This document shows, in pieces, positions 39,188 through 52,200 of a DNA stretch of 64,000 nt. Both the position numbers and the translations under genes were made by a program. Below the pieces are notes generated by a model. It was not told the DNA's origin, made no database searches, and saw nothing but the letters and a program-made list of their open reading frames with translations. The stretch is from Eledone cirrhosa (lineage: Eukaryota): positions 70,184,001 to 70,248,000 of the forward strand of contig OZ024746.1 in assembly GCA_964016885.1 (NCBI GenBank), in the 5' to 3' direction. Each line of letters starts with the position of its first letter. Within the stretch, counting starts at the first letter, position 1.

Positions 39188-41077
39188 TTAATTGTAAGTT
39201 GTGATGTTGCTGTTCCACTCATATTTTCTATTTAATTTTGGTTGTAATTCTTTTATGCTTACTGCCTCTGTAATTTGCCTAAACATTGCATCTTTTCTGT
39301 GTGTGGATTCTATTTTTATTTCTATGTTCTCTAATTTACCCTTGTGTTCTATCTTAGCATGTTGGTAGAGTACAGATGATTCTTTATTATCTTGAAGGTC
39401 TCGCCAGTGTTCATTTATCCGTTCCCCTATACTACGAGCTGTCTCACCTATGTACACTATATTTTTGTTTCTACATTGTCCTTCAGTACATCTTATGCTA
39501 TACACTATATTTCTAGTTTTACAGTTAATATGGGGGCTTATTTTACAGGTTATACATTTCTTATCTATACATGAGGGTCTTTGGAACGGGTATGTCTTGC
39601 TAATAAGTGTTTTTACGGAGGTACCTGGTCTTTCTACTATCTTAATATTGAGTTTATGTTTATTTAGGGCCCTTCTAAATTTGTAGGCTAGTTCGCCTCT
39701 AGGGGTTATATTGATGAACATTACACTCTGGTATTTATTGCTATCATACCATGAGTTTATTCTATTGGCCTTGTTCTTAGTTCTTTCTATTCTATTCCAA
39801 AATTTGCTCCTATACAAGGGGCAGGTCCCATTTATGTCATTATTTACCATTTTTTCCCATTTGGTTCTGGCTCCTCTATACACTCTGATTCTATCTCTCT
39901 GATTGTAGCCAGAGAACTGCATACGGTGGATGAAGTGTTGTATGTGTCTCTCTAGTTCTTCGGGGGTGCACATGCGGGACACATTTCTCATCACCCGTAC
40001 CAAATCCGCAATCAGTATGTTGATTTTGGTATGGTCCGAAATGGCCGAGTTTCGGTGGATCAGATGTTTGGAAGTCATGGGTTTGGCATAATGGGAATGG
40101 AGGATTTGTTTTTGGTTGTTAATGGTATCTAACCAGAGCTCTGTGTCTAGTACAGGTAATCGATGGTTGGGGTGTCTACTTGGGTAGTCTATAGTAACTC
40201 TAATGCTCTGGTGGATGGAGTTTTCTATTTGCTGGATGCTTTCCATTGTGTTTTTCTCTAGTTCCTGACTGTTCTCTAGTGGGGGTGTCTTAACTACGAT
40301 GTTTATATCATCTACGTAGCGGGAGTACATTATCAGGGTTAAGCTGTCTTCTAATTGTTCTTTAAGTTTAAGTTTAAGTCTACTGTCCCACCATACCATG
40401 AATAAGTTAGCTATGTCGCCTGCAATGCTAACACCAATGGCTGCTTCTTCCTCTTGGGCATATGTTTTTCCATTAAATTTGAACATATGTTCCTTAAGGG
40501 TTAATTTTATGCTGGCCCCTACCGCATGTGCAATCATTTTCTTCAGTTCATCGTGGTTTTCGGGTGTCCGTATGGCTCTGGTCCACCCGTTCCATCTATC
40601 TGTGTGGGTTTTCTTGGCCATTGAGGTAATGGTTGGTGGTCTGCCTCTTGCTGGTCTTGTAGGGCACAGGTTGCTAAGGTCATAAGTGTCTAGGTAACTA
40701 TTACTATGGGTAAGCTTAAGTAGAAGTCCCAGCTCACTGGTATCAATCCCACGGAACTCAAACTTGCTCTCGCTGATCATTTCTACGCATTTCTCCACAG
40801 CAAAATCCACGCCAATAGATGGATACAGGGACACAACATCCATACTGCCTATTATGCAGTTTGTTAGGTCCCCAGATCGGTTACTCACGCCGATTCTGCT
40901 GAGGAGGTCCTCCGTGCTGTCACATACATCTGGGGACATCTCAATGATGGGGCGTATGATCAGGGAGAGGAAGTAGGACAGTCTGTAGTTACTAGCAATG
41001 TTAGCTCCACAGACTGGCCGTGTTGGTGGTCCCGCGACAGGGTCACAGCCCGTTTTATGGTCTTTTCGAAGCCCATA
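39188..41077 (-). CDS. PLE reverse transcriptase plus GIY-YIG endonuclease (5'-truncated, frame open for ~630 codons)
   Basis: [14 protein letters not shown] (motifs 1-2, upstream of the track ATG); [11 protein letters not shown]; YSRYVDDI; LPVLD; CxxxxCxxC linker; [32 protein letters not shown]. Confidence 0.9.
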   Translation of the reverse strand, partial: YGLRKDHKTGCDPVAGPPTRPVCGANIASNYRLSYFLSLIIRPIIEMSPDVCDSTEDLLSRIGVSNRSGDLTNCIIGSMDVVSLYPSIGVDFAVEKCVEMISESKFEFRGIDTSELGLLLKLTHSNSYLDTYDLSNLCPTRPARGRPPTITSMAKKTHTDRWNGWTRAIRTPENHDELKKMIAHAVGASIKLTLKEHMFKFNGKTYAQEEEAAIGVSIAGDIANLFMVWWDSRLKLKLKEQLEDSLTLIMYSRYVDDINIVVKTPPLENSQELEKNTMESIQQIENSIHQSIRVTIDYPSRHPNHRLPVLDTELWLDTINNQKQILHSHYAKPMTSKHLIHRNSAISDHTKINILIADLVRVMRNVSRMCTPEELERHIQHFIHRMQFSGYNQRDRIRVYRGARTKWEKMVNNDINGTCPLYRSKFWNRIERTKNKANRINSWYDSNKYQSVMFINITPRGELAYKFRRALNKHKLNIKIVERPGTSVKTLISKTYPFQRPSCIDKKCITCKISPHINCKTRNIVYSIRCTEGQCRNKNIVYIGETARSIGERINEHWRDLQDNKESSVLYQHAKIEHKGKLENIEIKIESTHRKDAMFRQITEAVSIKELQPKLNRKYEWNSNITTYN

Positions 41078-41133
41078 TATATTTATATATATATATATTT
41101 ATATATATGTATATTTATATATATATGTATATT

Positions 41134-41164
<31 letters not shown>

Positions 41165-41240
41165 ATATTTATATACATATAGTCATATATTTATATATAT
41201 ATATTTATATACATATAGTCATATATTTATATACATATAG

Positions 41241-41328
<88 letters not shown>

Positions 41329-41329
41329 T

Positions 41330-41362
<33 letters not shown>

Positions 41363-41445
41363 ATATATTTATATACATATAGTCATATATTTATATATAT
41401 ATATTTATATACATATAGTCATATATTTATATACATATAGTCATA

Positions 41446-41532
<87 letters not shown>

Positions 41533-41826
41533 TTATATATATATATATATATTTATATACATATAGTCATATATTTATATATATATATTTATATACATAT
41601 AGTCATATATTTATATATATATATATGTGTAGATAAATCTACCAAGAGTTTACGGTAGTGTCCAATCCGTATGAAGAACTCAATGTAATCCGGGTATCAT
41701 GGAAAGAAGAGATGCAATGAAAAATCACTTTCGGTGAAAGATAAACGGAATACAGAGTCAAGATAAAATATTAAAAAAATAATGAATAAAACAATGAAAC
41801 AGTTCCTTATATTAAACAAAAAAAGT

Positions 41827-41979
41827 TCATCATTTAACGATCGTTTCTAGGATATATATGTGTTAGAATTGGCATGCATATTCAACAGATCTATGTACAA
41901 AATTATACAAAATTATACAAACTATCAAAATTAAATATACATACCAAACACATATATATGCCGTCTTCAGAAATAATGA
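41827..41979 (-). ncRNA. Type I hammerhead ribozyme with long stem II (inverted copy)
   Basis: Reverse complement of 42420-42572. Confidence 0.7.
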
Positions 41980-42419
41980 AATATATTTATTGATAATAAC
42001 AACAATTCAAAATTACAGGTCTGTTTGGGAACAGAGTTCAAATTGACCAATGAAAATGTATGTTCGTGGTTGTGTGTATGTTTATGCGTATACGCGCGTG
42101 TGTGTGTGAATGTACGTATATGTGTGAGTATATGAATGTGTGTATATATTTATTTTATATTTATATTTGTATACGTATTTTATCTGTAGATTATAAACAT
42201 ACAGAGACATTAGCCTTGAATTTTTGTATTTACATACATCTTTTTGGCATGCGTATGCATGTGAACATATATCTTTATGCATATCTGTGAACGAAGTTAC
42301 TTACATATATATACACACACCTAACTGTATAAACTTTTTGTATTTTCATTGGTCAATTTGAACTCTGTTCCCAAACAGACCTGTAATTTTGAATTGTTGT
42401 TATTATCAATAAATATATT

Positions 42420-42572
42420 TCATTATTTCTGAAGACGGCATATATATGTGTTTGGTATGTATATTTAATTTTGATAGTTTGTATAATTTTGTATAATTTT
42501 GTACATAGATCTGTTGAATATGCATGCCAATTCTAACACATATATATCCTAGAAACGATCGTTAAATGATGA
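42420..42572 (+). ncRNA. Type I hammerhead ribozyme with long stem II
   Basis: tcattattt-CTGAAGA-~115-nt stem II (atatatatgtgtt/aacacatatatat)-GAAA-cgatcg-TT-aaatgatga. Confidence 0.7.
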
Positions 42573-42622
42573 ACTTTTTTTGTTTAATATAAGGAACTGT
42601 TTCATTGTTTTATTCATTATTT

Positions 42623-42748
<126 letters not shown>

Positions 42749-42899
42749 ATTTATATATATTATATATATTCATATATATATATTTATATATATATATATA
42801 TATTTATATACATATAGTCATATATATATAGATATTCATATATATATATATTTATATATATATATATGTATGTGTGTATGCGTATGTATCTGTGTATGA

Positions 42900-43095
42900 A
42901 GGCGCGTGGCTTAGTGGTCATAGTTGCATTCGCAAACTGAGGTTGTCCGTTCGATTCCCGGACCGGACGATGCGTTGTGTCCTTGAGCAAGACACTTTAT
43001 TTCACGTTCACTCAGCTGTAGAAATGAGTTGCGACGTCACAGATACCAAGTTGTATTTGTCTTTACCTTGGACAACATCGGTGGCGAGGGGAGGG
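42900..43095 (+). mobile_element. tRNA-derived SINE family B (CORE-like)
   Basis: ggcgcgtggcttagtggt..gttcgattccc..tgtgtccttgagcaagacactttatttcacg. Confidence 0.8.
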
Positions 43096-46000
43096 AAAAT
43101 TTCACCCAGTTATTTAAATCAGTTGCAATAATTAATGTCCTGGTTATAATCATTAATTCTTATTTTCACATCTGTCTCCCTCCTTCTTCCCCAACAAGGA
43201 TCATAGAATTTTTTTTTTCTCGAAATACAACGACACGAAATTCAGATTTTGTATTATTCTTCAATGAAATATTCGGCTGCTAGCGCAATATAAGAAAGAA
43301 TCTTGCTTAAAAGCTGTCAATTCTTTAGAGTGGTCCGGCCTTTCTGCTTAAGCCAAAACAGAATTTTAAATATTTCTGTGGTGTAAAAACAATGAAATAC
43401 TGAATATTGAATAACAAGAAATGTTCAACTGGTTTATGTTTATACATAAATGCCCAGATGAAAAATAAAAACATATTTCTCTCACATTTTGTATATCACC
43501 AAGAAAACTTCCTGAAAAAGGAAGGATATTTTACGCTTAAACAATGCTTATTTTATCAGAAATAGTGTTCTCATACAGAAAATAAGCCTGAAGGAAAAAG
43601 TCAATTATTTCTGAGAGAATGCTTACTAAAGACAGCTTGATTTAATATATACAAAACTTGACATATCAGAAGATTTATTTTGGTCAGAGTGGATCCATTA
43701 ATTTGGATACTATTCCTACCGGGAGACATAATATCATTATATTTCTCATTTTCTTGGAACCAACGCAGATACTCAGTCATGAATCTTGAAAAGCAAAATC
43801 TCCCTCTTTTGTAAACACTTCTTTAACAGTTATTGGATTAGTTTTTATCGGAAAAAAATACTTAGAATTGAATGTTGCCTACTTAATAAAGTATCATTTT
43901 TCGATCATTTAATGTTCTTTCCCCTCTCAAATGTACGTTTTTAAGGAATTTTGAACGACCATCAATGAATCATGTTTCATGTATATGTCAACCCTAAGGA
44001 ACTAGATATTTGTTTTATAAGTCTCATTAATCTCTACTAATGAATCTCTCTTTGGAATTCACCATGAAGAAAAACCTATAACTGAATTTTCCACTATTCT
44101 TATAAATATATATAAACAGATATATAAAATTGCATTTAGAAATTAACTGCTGATACTTAAAGTAAGCAAAAACTGTAGCTTGTTTCAAGCATTGTTAAAC
44201 AATATCTGAATATTACTTAATATATAGAAATAACTTCCTAGTAATCATAATGCTTTGAAGCAATATAAAACGATAAAAAGAATAAACTACACTTTAGTCA
44301 TAAACAATGCTTGATTTCTACTGAATAAATCAGAAAATTCAAGAGCTTTGATAAATTTTTCCTAAAGTCAAATTGTCAATGACATGGTATTCATTATTAC
44401 CACCAACACTACCACCACAAACCGTTACTCACGCACCACCACCACCAACAACAACAACAACAACACCAACAACAACAACACCACCATCGTTGTCCTCATC
44501 GTCATAATCATCCTCATCAGCAACATCATCAGCAACATCATCAGCGTCACCACCACCATCATCATCATAATCATCATCATCATTATCACCACCATCAACA
44601 TCTTCATCACTATCATAATCATCACCATCATCATCATCATCATCATCAACAACAGCAGCATCAACATCATCGGCAGCAACATTAACATGATCATTACCAC
44701 CACCACCACCACCACCACCACCACCACCACCACCACCACCACCACCACCACCACCAACACCACCACCACTATCACCATCATCACTATCTTCATCAACACC
44801 ATCATCATTTTATGCCCGCTTATCCATGTTCGGATTAAGTAGATGGGTTTTCTCCAACACAGCTTTCTTCTACTTGTTACGTTCCTTCCTTATTTCGTTC
44901 TTGATGTTTAGTGTTTTGAATTCAGCTCTCACCAACTTCCTTAAGGTCTTATTGGGGTTTCCTGCCCTTCCACCGAAATCTCATGGCACTTCTTTACCCA
45001 ACAATCATTATCCGTCACATCTCCATACCAGCACAGTCCTCTCTCTCTCTATCACACGGGATCTGGGTCCTCTTGTGCTCAGTTATCTATTTTTATTACC
45101 AAAAGCCAATTAAAGTACTGTTGGAATGAAGTTAGATAATCATTAGAAACATACTTTTCGTTTACCAAATTAATTTCATTTTCCAAATTATGATGCAAGG
45201 GAAAATACAAAATGAAAATACAAGATAAATTTTCATGAAAAAAAATTGCAAATGAAAGATTTCTTTACAGGGAGAAAAATGTATGAGAATTTTATAAATT
45301 ACAGAATTTTGGTAGATATTTTTTTCAGGAGATTGAATTGAAATGTAAGAATCGTATCGAAGGCCGGATTTACAAAAATATATACTCTTTAAAAACTAGT
45401 TTATCGTTTCTGTACGAATAATGTAATGTGTTATTGTATCTCAAGCTACACATTTTTATTGAGGCATAAGTAGTGGTTTAGTGGGAATCTTGTGTTCAAG
45501 GAGTCTGCGAGCTGTAGCATCAAGAAACATTGAGTAAATATCTAATATATTGATGGATTGGCCATCGATTTCGACAAAGATAATTCCGTTGTTTTTATCA
45601 ACTGAACGTCAGGATCGTGAAGTTGTTCAGTATTTCACAAATATATGTAACCGTAGGATAATTCTCAAGGCGAATCTACAGTACAAAATACGTGACAAGA
45701 CTAGAATTACGTGTACAATCCAATTGATGGCTTTAATATAGATTTTGTCCACCTAATTTCACTCGCAATGCTTGGATTAACCCACGCTATAGATACAGTC
45801 AATTGTCTGAGATGCTTCGCTGTTGGATCGAACTCGAGATCTCATGAGTGTGAAACAAACCTCCTCACCATTCAGCCATGCTTACGTTCACATGTAATAT
45901 AAGAGAGGTAAATAATGATTTCTTACATAAACCCAAGGCCTGGCACTTTGTTGGGTGGTGTTACTCTATTATATCGACCTTAGTATTTGACTGGTACTTG

Positions 46001-46224
46001 ACAAGGAACATAAAGGATCATAACTAAATATTGTAGGGTATTTTGTTCGACACTCTAACGATTCAATCAAATCACAGCCCTTGGAGTTCATTATTGCGAA
46101 GAGAACCTTTTACCCACACAGTTCTGTTTCGTTAGAGTAATTTTGACGATGTCCGTGGCTGATCAATGATTTAGCTAAAGTACTATGTTATGTCTACAGC
46201 TGACTCGTAGTTAAAGTAAAGTAT

Positions 46225-49200
46225 ACATGTTTATGGCTGACCAGCAGTTTAGGTAGAGTATATATGTTTATGCCCACGTTTGACCAACAGTTTAGGTAGA
46301 GTATATATGTTTATGCCCACGTTTGACCAGTAGTTTAGGTAGAGTATATATGTTTATGCCCACGTTTGACCAGTAGTTTAGGTAGAGTATATATGTTTAT
46401 GCCCATGTTTGACCAGTAGTTTAGGTAGAGTATATATGTTTATGCCCATGTTTGAGCAGCAGTTTAGGTAGAGTATATATGTTTATGCCCACGTTTGACC
46501 AGTAGTTTAGGTAGAGTATATATGTTTATGCCCATGTTTGACCAGCAGTTTAGGTAGAGTATATATGTTTATGCCCACGTTTGACCAGTAGTTTAGGTAG
46601 AGTATATATATTTATGCCCACGTTTGACCAGTAGTTTAGGTAAAGTATATATGTTTATGCCCACGTTTGACCAGTAGTTTAGGTAGAGTATATATGTTTA
46701 TGCCCATGTTTGAGCAGCAGTTTAGGTAGAGTATATATGTTTATGCCCATGTTTGAGCAGCAGTTTAGGTAGAGTATATATGTTTATGCCCATGTTTGAG
46801 CAGCAGTTTAGGTAGAGTATATATGTTTATGCCCATGTTTGACCAGTAGTTTAGGTAGAGTATATATGTTTATGCCCACGTTTGACCAGTAGTTTAGGTA
46901 GAGTATATATGTTTATGCCCACGTTTGACCAGTAGTTTAGGTAGAGTATATATGTTTATGCCCATGTTTGACCAGTAGTTTAGGTAGAGTATATATGTTT
47001 ATGCCCACGTTTGACCAGTAGTTTAGGTAGAGTATATATGTTTATGCCCACGTTTGACCAGTAGTTTAGGTAGAGTATATATGTTTATGCCCACGTTTGA
47101 CCAGTAGTTTAGGTAGAGTATATATGTTTATGCCCACGTTTGACCAGTAGTTTAGGTAGAGTATATATGTTTATGCCCATGTTTGACCAGTAGTTTAGGT
47201 AGAGTATATATGTTTATGCCCATGTTTGAGCAGCAGTTTAGGTAGAGTATATATGTTTATACCCACGTTTGACCAACAGTTTAGGTAGAGTATATATGTT
47301 TATGCCCACGTTTGACCGGTAGTTTAGGTAGAGTATATATGTTTATGCCCATGTTTGACCAGCAGTTTAGGTAGAGTATATATGTTTATGCCCATGTTTG
47401 ACCAGTAGTTTAGGTAGAGTATATATGTTTATGCCCATGTTTGACCAGTAGTTTAGGTAGAGTATATATGTTTATGCCCATGTTTGACCAGTAGTTTAGG
47501 TAAAGTATATATGTTTATGCCCACGTTTGACCAGTAGTTTAGGTAGAGTATATATGTTTATGCCCATGTTTGACCAGCAGTTTAGGTAGAGTATATATGT
47601 TTATGCCCACGTTTGACCAGTAGTTTAGGTAGAGTATATATGTTTATGCCCACGTTTGACCAGTAGTTTAGGTAGAGTATATATGTTTATGCCCACGTTT
47701 GACCAGTAGTTTAGGTAGAGTATATATGTTTATGCCCATGTTTGACCAGTAGTTTAGGTAGAGTATATATGTTTATGCCCACGTTTGACCAGTAGTTTAG
47801 GTAGAGTATATATGTTTATGCCCACGTTTGACCAGTAGTTTAGGTAGAGTATATATGTTTATGCCCACGTTTGACCAGTAGTTTAGGTAGAGTATATATG
47901 TTTATGCCCACGTTTGACCAGTAGTTTAGGTAGAGTATATATGTTTATGCCCATGTTTGACCAGTAGTTTAGGTAGAGTATATATGTTTATGCCCATGTT
48001 TGAGCAGCAGTTTAGGTAGAGTATATATGTTTATACCCACGTTTGACCAACAGTTTAGGTAGAGTATATATGTTTATGCCCACGTTTGACCGGTAGTTTA
48101 GGTAGAGTATATATGTTTATGCCCATGTTTGACCAGCAGTTTAGGTAGAGTATATATGTTTATGCCCATGTTTGACCAGTAGTTTAGGTAGAGTATATAT
48201 GTTTATGCCCATGTTTGACCAGTAGTTTAGGTAAAGTATATATGTTTATGCCCACGTTTGACCAGTAGTTTAGGTAGAGTATATATGTTTATGCCCATGT
48301 TTGACCAGCAGTTTAGGTAGAGTATATATGTTTATGCCCACGTTTGACCAGTAGTTTAGGTAGAGTATATATGTTTATGCCCACGTTTGACCAGTAGTTT
48401 AGGTAGAGTATATATGTTTATGCCCATGTTTGACCAGTAGTTTAGGTAGAGTATATATGTTTATGCCCATGTTTGACCAGTAGTTTAGGTAGAGTATATA
48501 TGTTTATGCCCATGTTTGAGCAGCAGTTTAGGTAGAGTATATATGTTTATGCCCACGTTTGACCAACAGTTTAGGTAGAGTATATATGTTTATGCCCACG
48601 TTTGACCAGTAGTTTAGGTAGAGTATATATATTTATGCCCACGTTTGACCAGTAGTTTAGGTAAAGTATATATGTTTATGCCCACGTTTGACCAGTAGTT
48701 TAGGTAGAGTATATATGTTTATGCCCATGTTTGAGCAGCAGTTTAGGTAGAGTATATATATTTATGCCCATGTTTGAGCAGCAGTTTAGGTAGAGTATAT
48801 ATGTTTATGCCCATGTTTGACCAGTAGTTTAGGTAGAGTATATATGTTTATGCCCATGTTTGACCAGTAGTTTAGGTAGAGTATATATGTTTATGCCCAC
48901 GTTTGACCAGTAGTTTAGGTAGAGTATATATGTTTATGCCCACGTTTGACCAGTAGTTTAGGTAGAGTATATATGTTTATGCCCACGTTTGACCAGTAGT
49001 TTAGGTAGAGTATATATGTTTATGCCCATATTTGACCAGCAGTTTAGGTAGAGTATATATGTTTATGCCCACGTTTGACCAGTAGTTTAGGTAGAGTATA
49101 TATGTTTATGCCCATGTTTGACCAGTAGTTTAGGTAGAGTATATATGTTTATGCCCACGTTTGACCAGTAGTTTAGGTAGAGTATATATGTTTATGCCCA

Positions 49201-52200
49201 CGTTTGACCAGTAGTTTAGGTAGAGTATATATGTTTATGCCCATGTTTGACCAGTAGTTTAGGTAGAGTATATATGTTTATGCCCATGTTTGACCAGTAG
49301 TTTAGGTAGAGTATATATGTTTAAGCCCACGTTTGACCAGTAGTTTAGGTAGAGTATATATGTTTATGCCCACGTTTGACCAGTAGTTTAGGTAGAGTAT
49401 ATATGTTTATGCCCACGTTTGACCAGTAGTTTAGGTAGAGTATATATGTTTATGCCCACGTTTGACCAGTAGTTTAGGTAGAGTATATATGTTTATGCCC
49501 ACGTTTGACCAGTAGTTTAGGTAGAGTATATATGTTTATGCCCACGTTTGACCAGCAGTTTAGGTAGAGTATATATGTTTATGCCCATGTTTGACCAGTA
49601 GTTTAGGTAGAGTATATATGTTTATGCCCATGTTTGAGCAGCAGTTTAGGTAGAGTATATATGTTTATGCCCATGTTTGACCAGTAGTTTAGGTAGAGTA
49701 TATATGTTTATGCCCACGTTTGACCAGTAGTTTAGGTAGAGTATATATGTTTATGCCCATGTTTGAGCAGCAGTTTAGGTAGAGTATATATGTTTATGCC
49801 CATGTTTGACCAGTAGTTTAGGTAGAGTATATATGTTTATGCCCATGTTTGACCAGTAGTTTAGGTAGAGTATATATGTTTATGCCCACGTTTGACCAGT
49901 AGTTTAGGTAGAGTATATATGTTTATGCCCATGTTTGACCAGTTGTTTAGGTAGAGTATATATGTTTATGCCCACGTTTGACCAGCAGTTTAGGTAGAGT
50001 ATATATGTTTATGCCCATGTTTGAGCAGTAGTTTAGGTAGAGTGTATATGTTTATGCCCATGTTTGACCAGTAGTTTAGGTAGAGTATATATGTTTATGC
50101 CCATGTTTGACCAGTAGTTTAGGTAGAGTATATATGTTTATGCCCATGTTTGAGCAGCAGTTTAGGTAGAGTATATATGTTTATGCCCATGTTTGACCAG
50201 TAGTTTAGGTAGAGTATATATGTTTATGCCCATGTTTGACCAGTAGTTTAGGTAGAGTATATGTTTATGCCCATGTTTGAGCAGCAGTTTAGGTAGAGTA
50301 TATATGTTTATGCCCATGTTTGAGCAGCAGTTTAGGTAGACTATATATGTTTATGCCCATGTTTGAGCAGCAGTTTAGGTAGAGTATATATGTTTATGCC
50401 CATGTTTGACCAGTAGTTTAGGTAGAGTATATATGTTTATGCCCATGTTTGAGCAGCAGTTTAGGTAGAGTATATATGTTTATGCCCATGTTTGAGCTGC
50501 AGTTTAGGTAGAGTATATATGTTTATGCCCACGTTTGACCAGTAGTTTAGGTAGAGTGTATATGTTTATGCCCATGTTTGACCAGTAGTTTAGGTAGAGT
50601 ATATATGTTTATGCCCATGTTTGACCAGTAGTTTAGGTAGAGTATATATGTTTATGCCCATGTTTGACCAGTAGTTTAGGTAGAGTATATATGTTTATGC
50701 CCATGTTTGACCAGTAGTTTAGGTAGAGTATATATGTTTAAGCCCACGTTTGACCAGTAGTTTAGGTAGAGTATATATGTTTATGCCCACGTTTGACCAG
50801 CAGTTTAGGTAGAGTATATATGTTTATGCCCATGTTTGACCAGTAGTTTAGGTAGAGTATATATGTTTATGCCCATGTTTGAGCAGCAGTTTAGGTAGAG
50901 TATATATGTTTATGCCCATGTTTGACCAGTAGTTTAGGTAGAGTATATATGTTTATGCCCACGTTTGACCAGTAGTTTAGGTAGAGTATATATGTTTATG
51001 CCCATGTTTGAGCAGCAGTTTAGGTAGAGTATATATGTTTATGCCCATGTTTGACCAGTAGTTTAGGTAGAGTATATATGTTTATGCCCATGTTTGACCA
51101 GTAGTTTAGGTAGAGTATATATGTTTATGCCCACGTTTGACCAGTAGTTTAGGTAGAGTATATATGTTTATGCCCATGTTTGACCAGTTGTTTAGGTAGA
51201 GTATATATGTTTATGCCCACGTTTGACCAGCAGTTTAGGTAGAGTATATATGTTTATGCCCACGTTTGACCAGTAGTTTAGGTAGAGTATATATGTTTAT
51301 GCCCATGTTTGACCAGTAGTTTAGGTAGAGTATATATGTTTATGCCCACGTTTTACCAGTAGTTTAGGTAGAGTATATATGTTTATGCCCATGTTTGACC
51401 AGTAGTTTAGGTAGAGTATATATGTTTATGCCCATGTTTGAGCAGCAGTTTAGGTAGAGTGTATATGTTTATGCCCATGTTTGACCAGTAGTTTAGGTAG
51501 AGTATATATGTTTATGCCCATGTTTGACCAGTAGTTTAGGTAGAGTATATATATTTATGCCCATGTTTGACCAGTAGTTTAGGTAGAGTATATATGTTTA
51601 TGCCCATGTTTGAGCAGCAGTTTAGGTAGAGTATATATGTTTATGCCCATGTTTGAGCAGCAGTTTAGGTAGAGTGTATATGTTTATGCCCATGTTTGAC
51701 CAGTAGTTTAGGTAGAGTATATATGTTTATGCCCATGTTTGACCAGTAGTTTAGGTAGAGTATATATATTTATGCCCATGTTTGAGCAGCAGTTTAGGTA
51801 GAGTATATATGTTTATGCCCATGTTTGACCAGTAGTTTAGGTAGAGTATATATGTTTATGCCCATGTTTGACCAGTAGTTTAGGTAGAGTATATATGTTT
51901 ATGCCCATGTTTGAGCAGCAGTTTAGGTAGAGTATATATGTTTATGCCCATGTTTGAGCAGCAGTTTAGGTAGACTATATATGTTTATGCCCATGTTTGA
52001 GCAGCAGTTTAGGTAGAGTATATATGTTTATGCCCATGTTTGACCAGTAGTTTAGGTAGAGTATATATGTTTATGCCCATGTTTGAGCAGCAGTTTAGGT
52101 AGAGTATATATGTTTATGCCCATGTTTGAGCTGCAGTTTAGGTAGAGTATATATGTTTATGCCCACGTTTGACCAGTAGTTTAGGTAGAGTGTATATGTT

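Larger units (their letters stand above)
38850..41077 (-). mobile_element. 5'-truncated Penelope-like retroelement with C-terminal GIY-YIG
   Basis: RT-EN ORF plus 3' region containing an HHR. Truncated into (TA)n at ~41077. 3' boundary approximate. Confidence 0.9.

Noticed and set aside
39188-41077. Selenoprotein-type (Naiad) PLE or telomerase
   Set aside because: The endonuclease is C-terminal, there is no in-frame TGA in the visible ORF, and no TERT-specific motifs are seen
44384-44842. Poly-T/I/N ORF
   Set aside because: Trinucleotide repeat artefact
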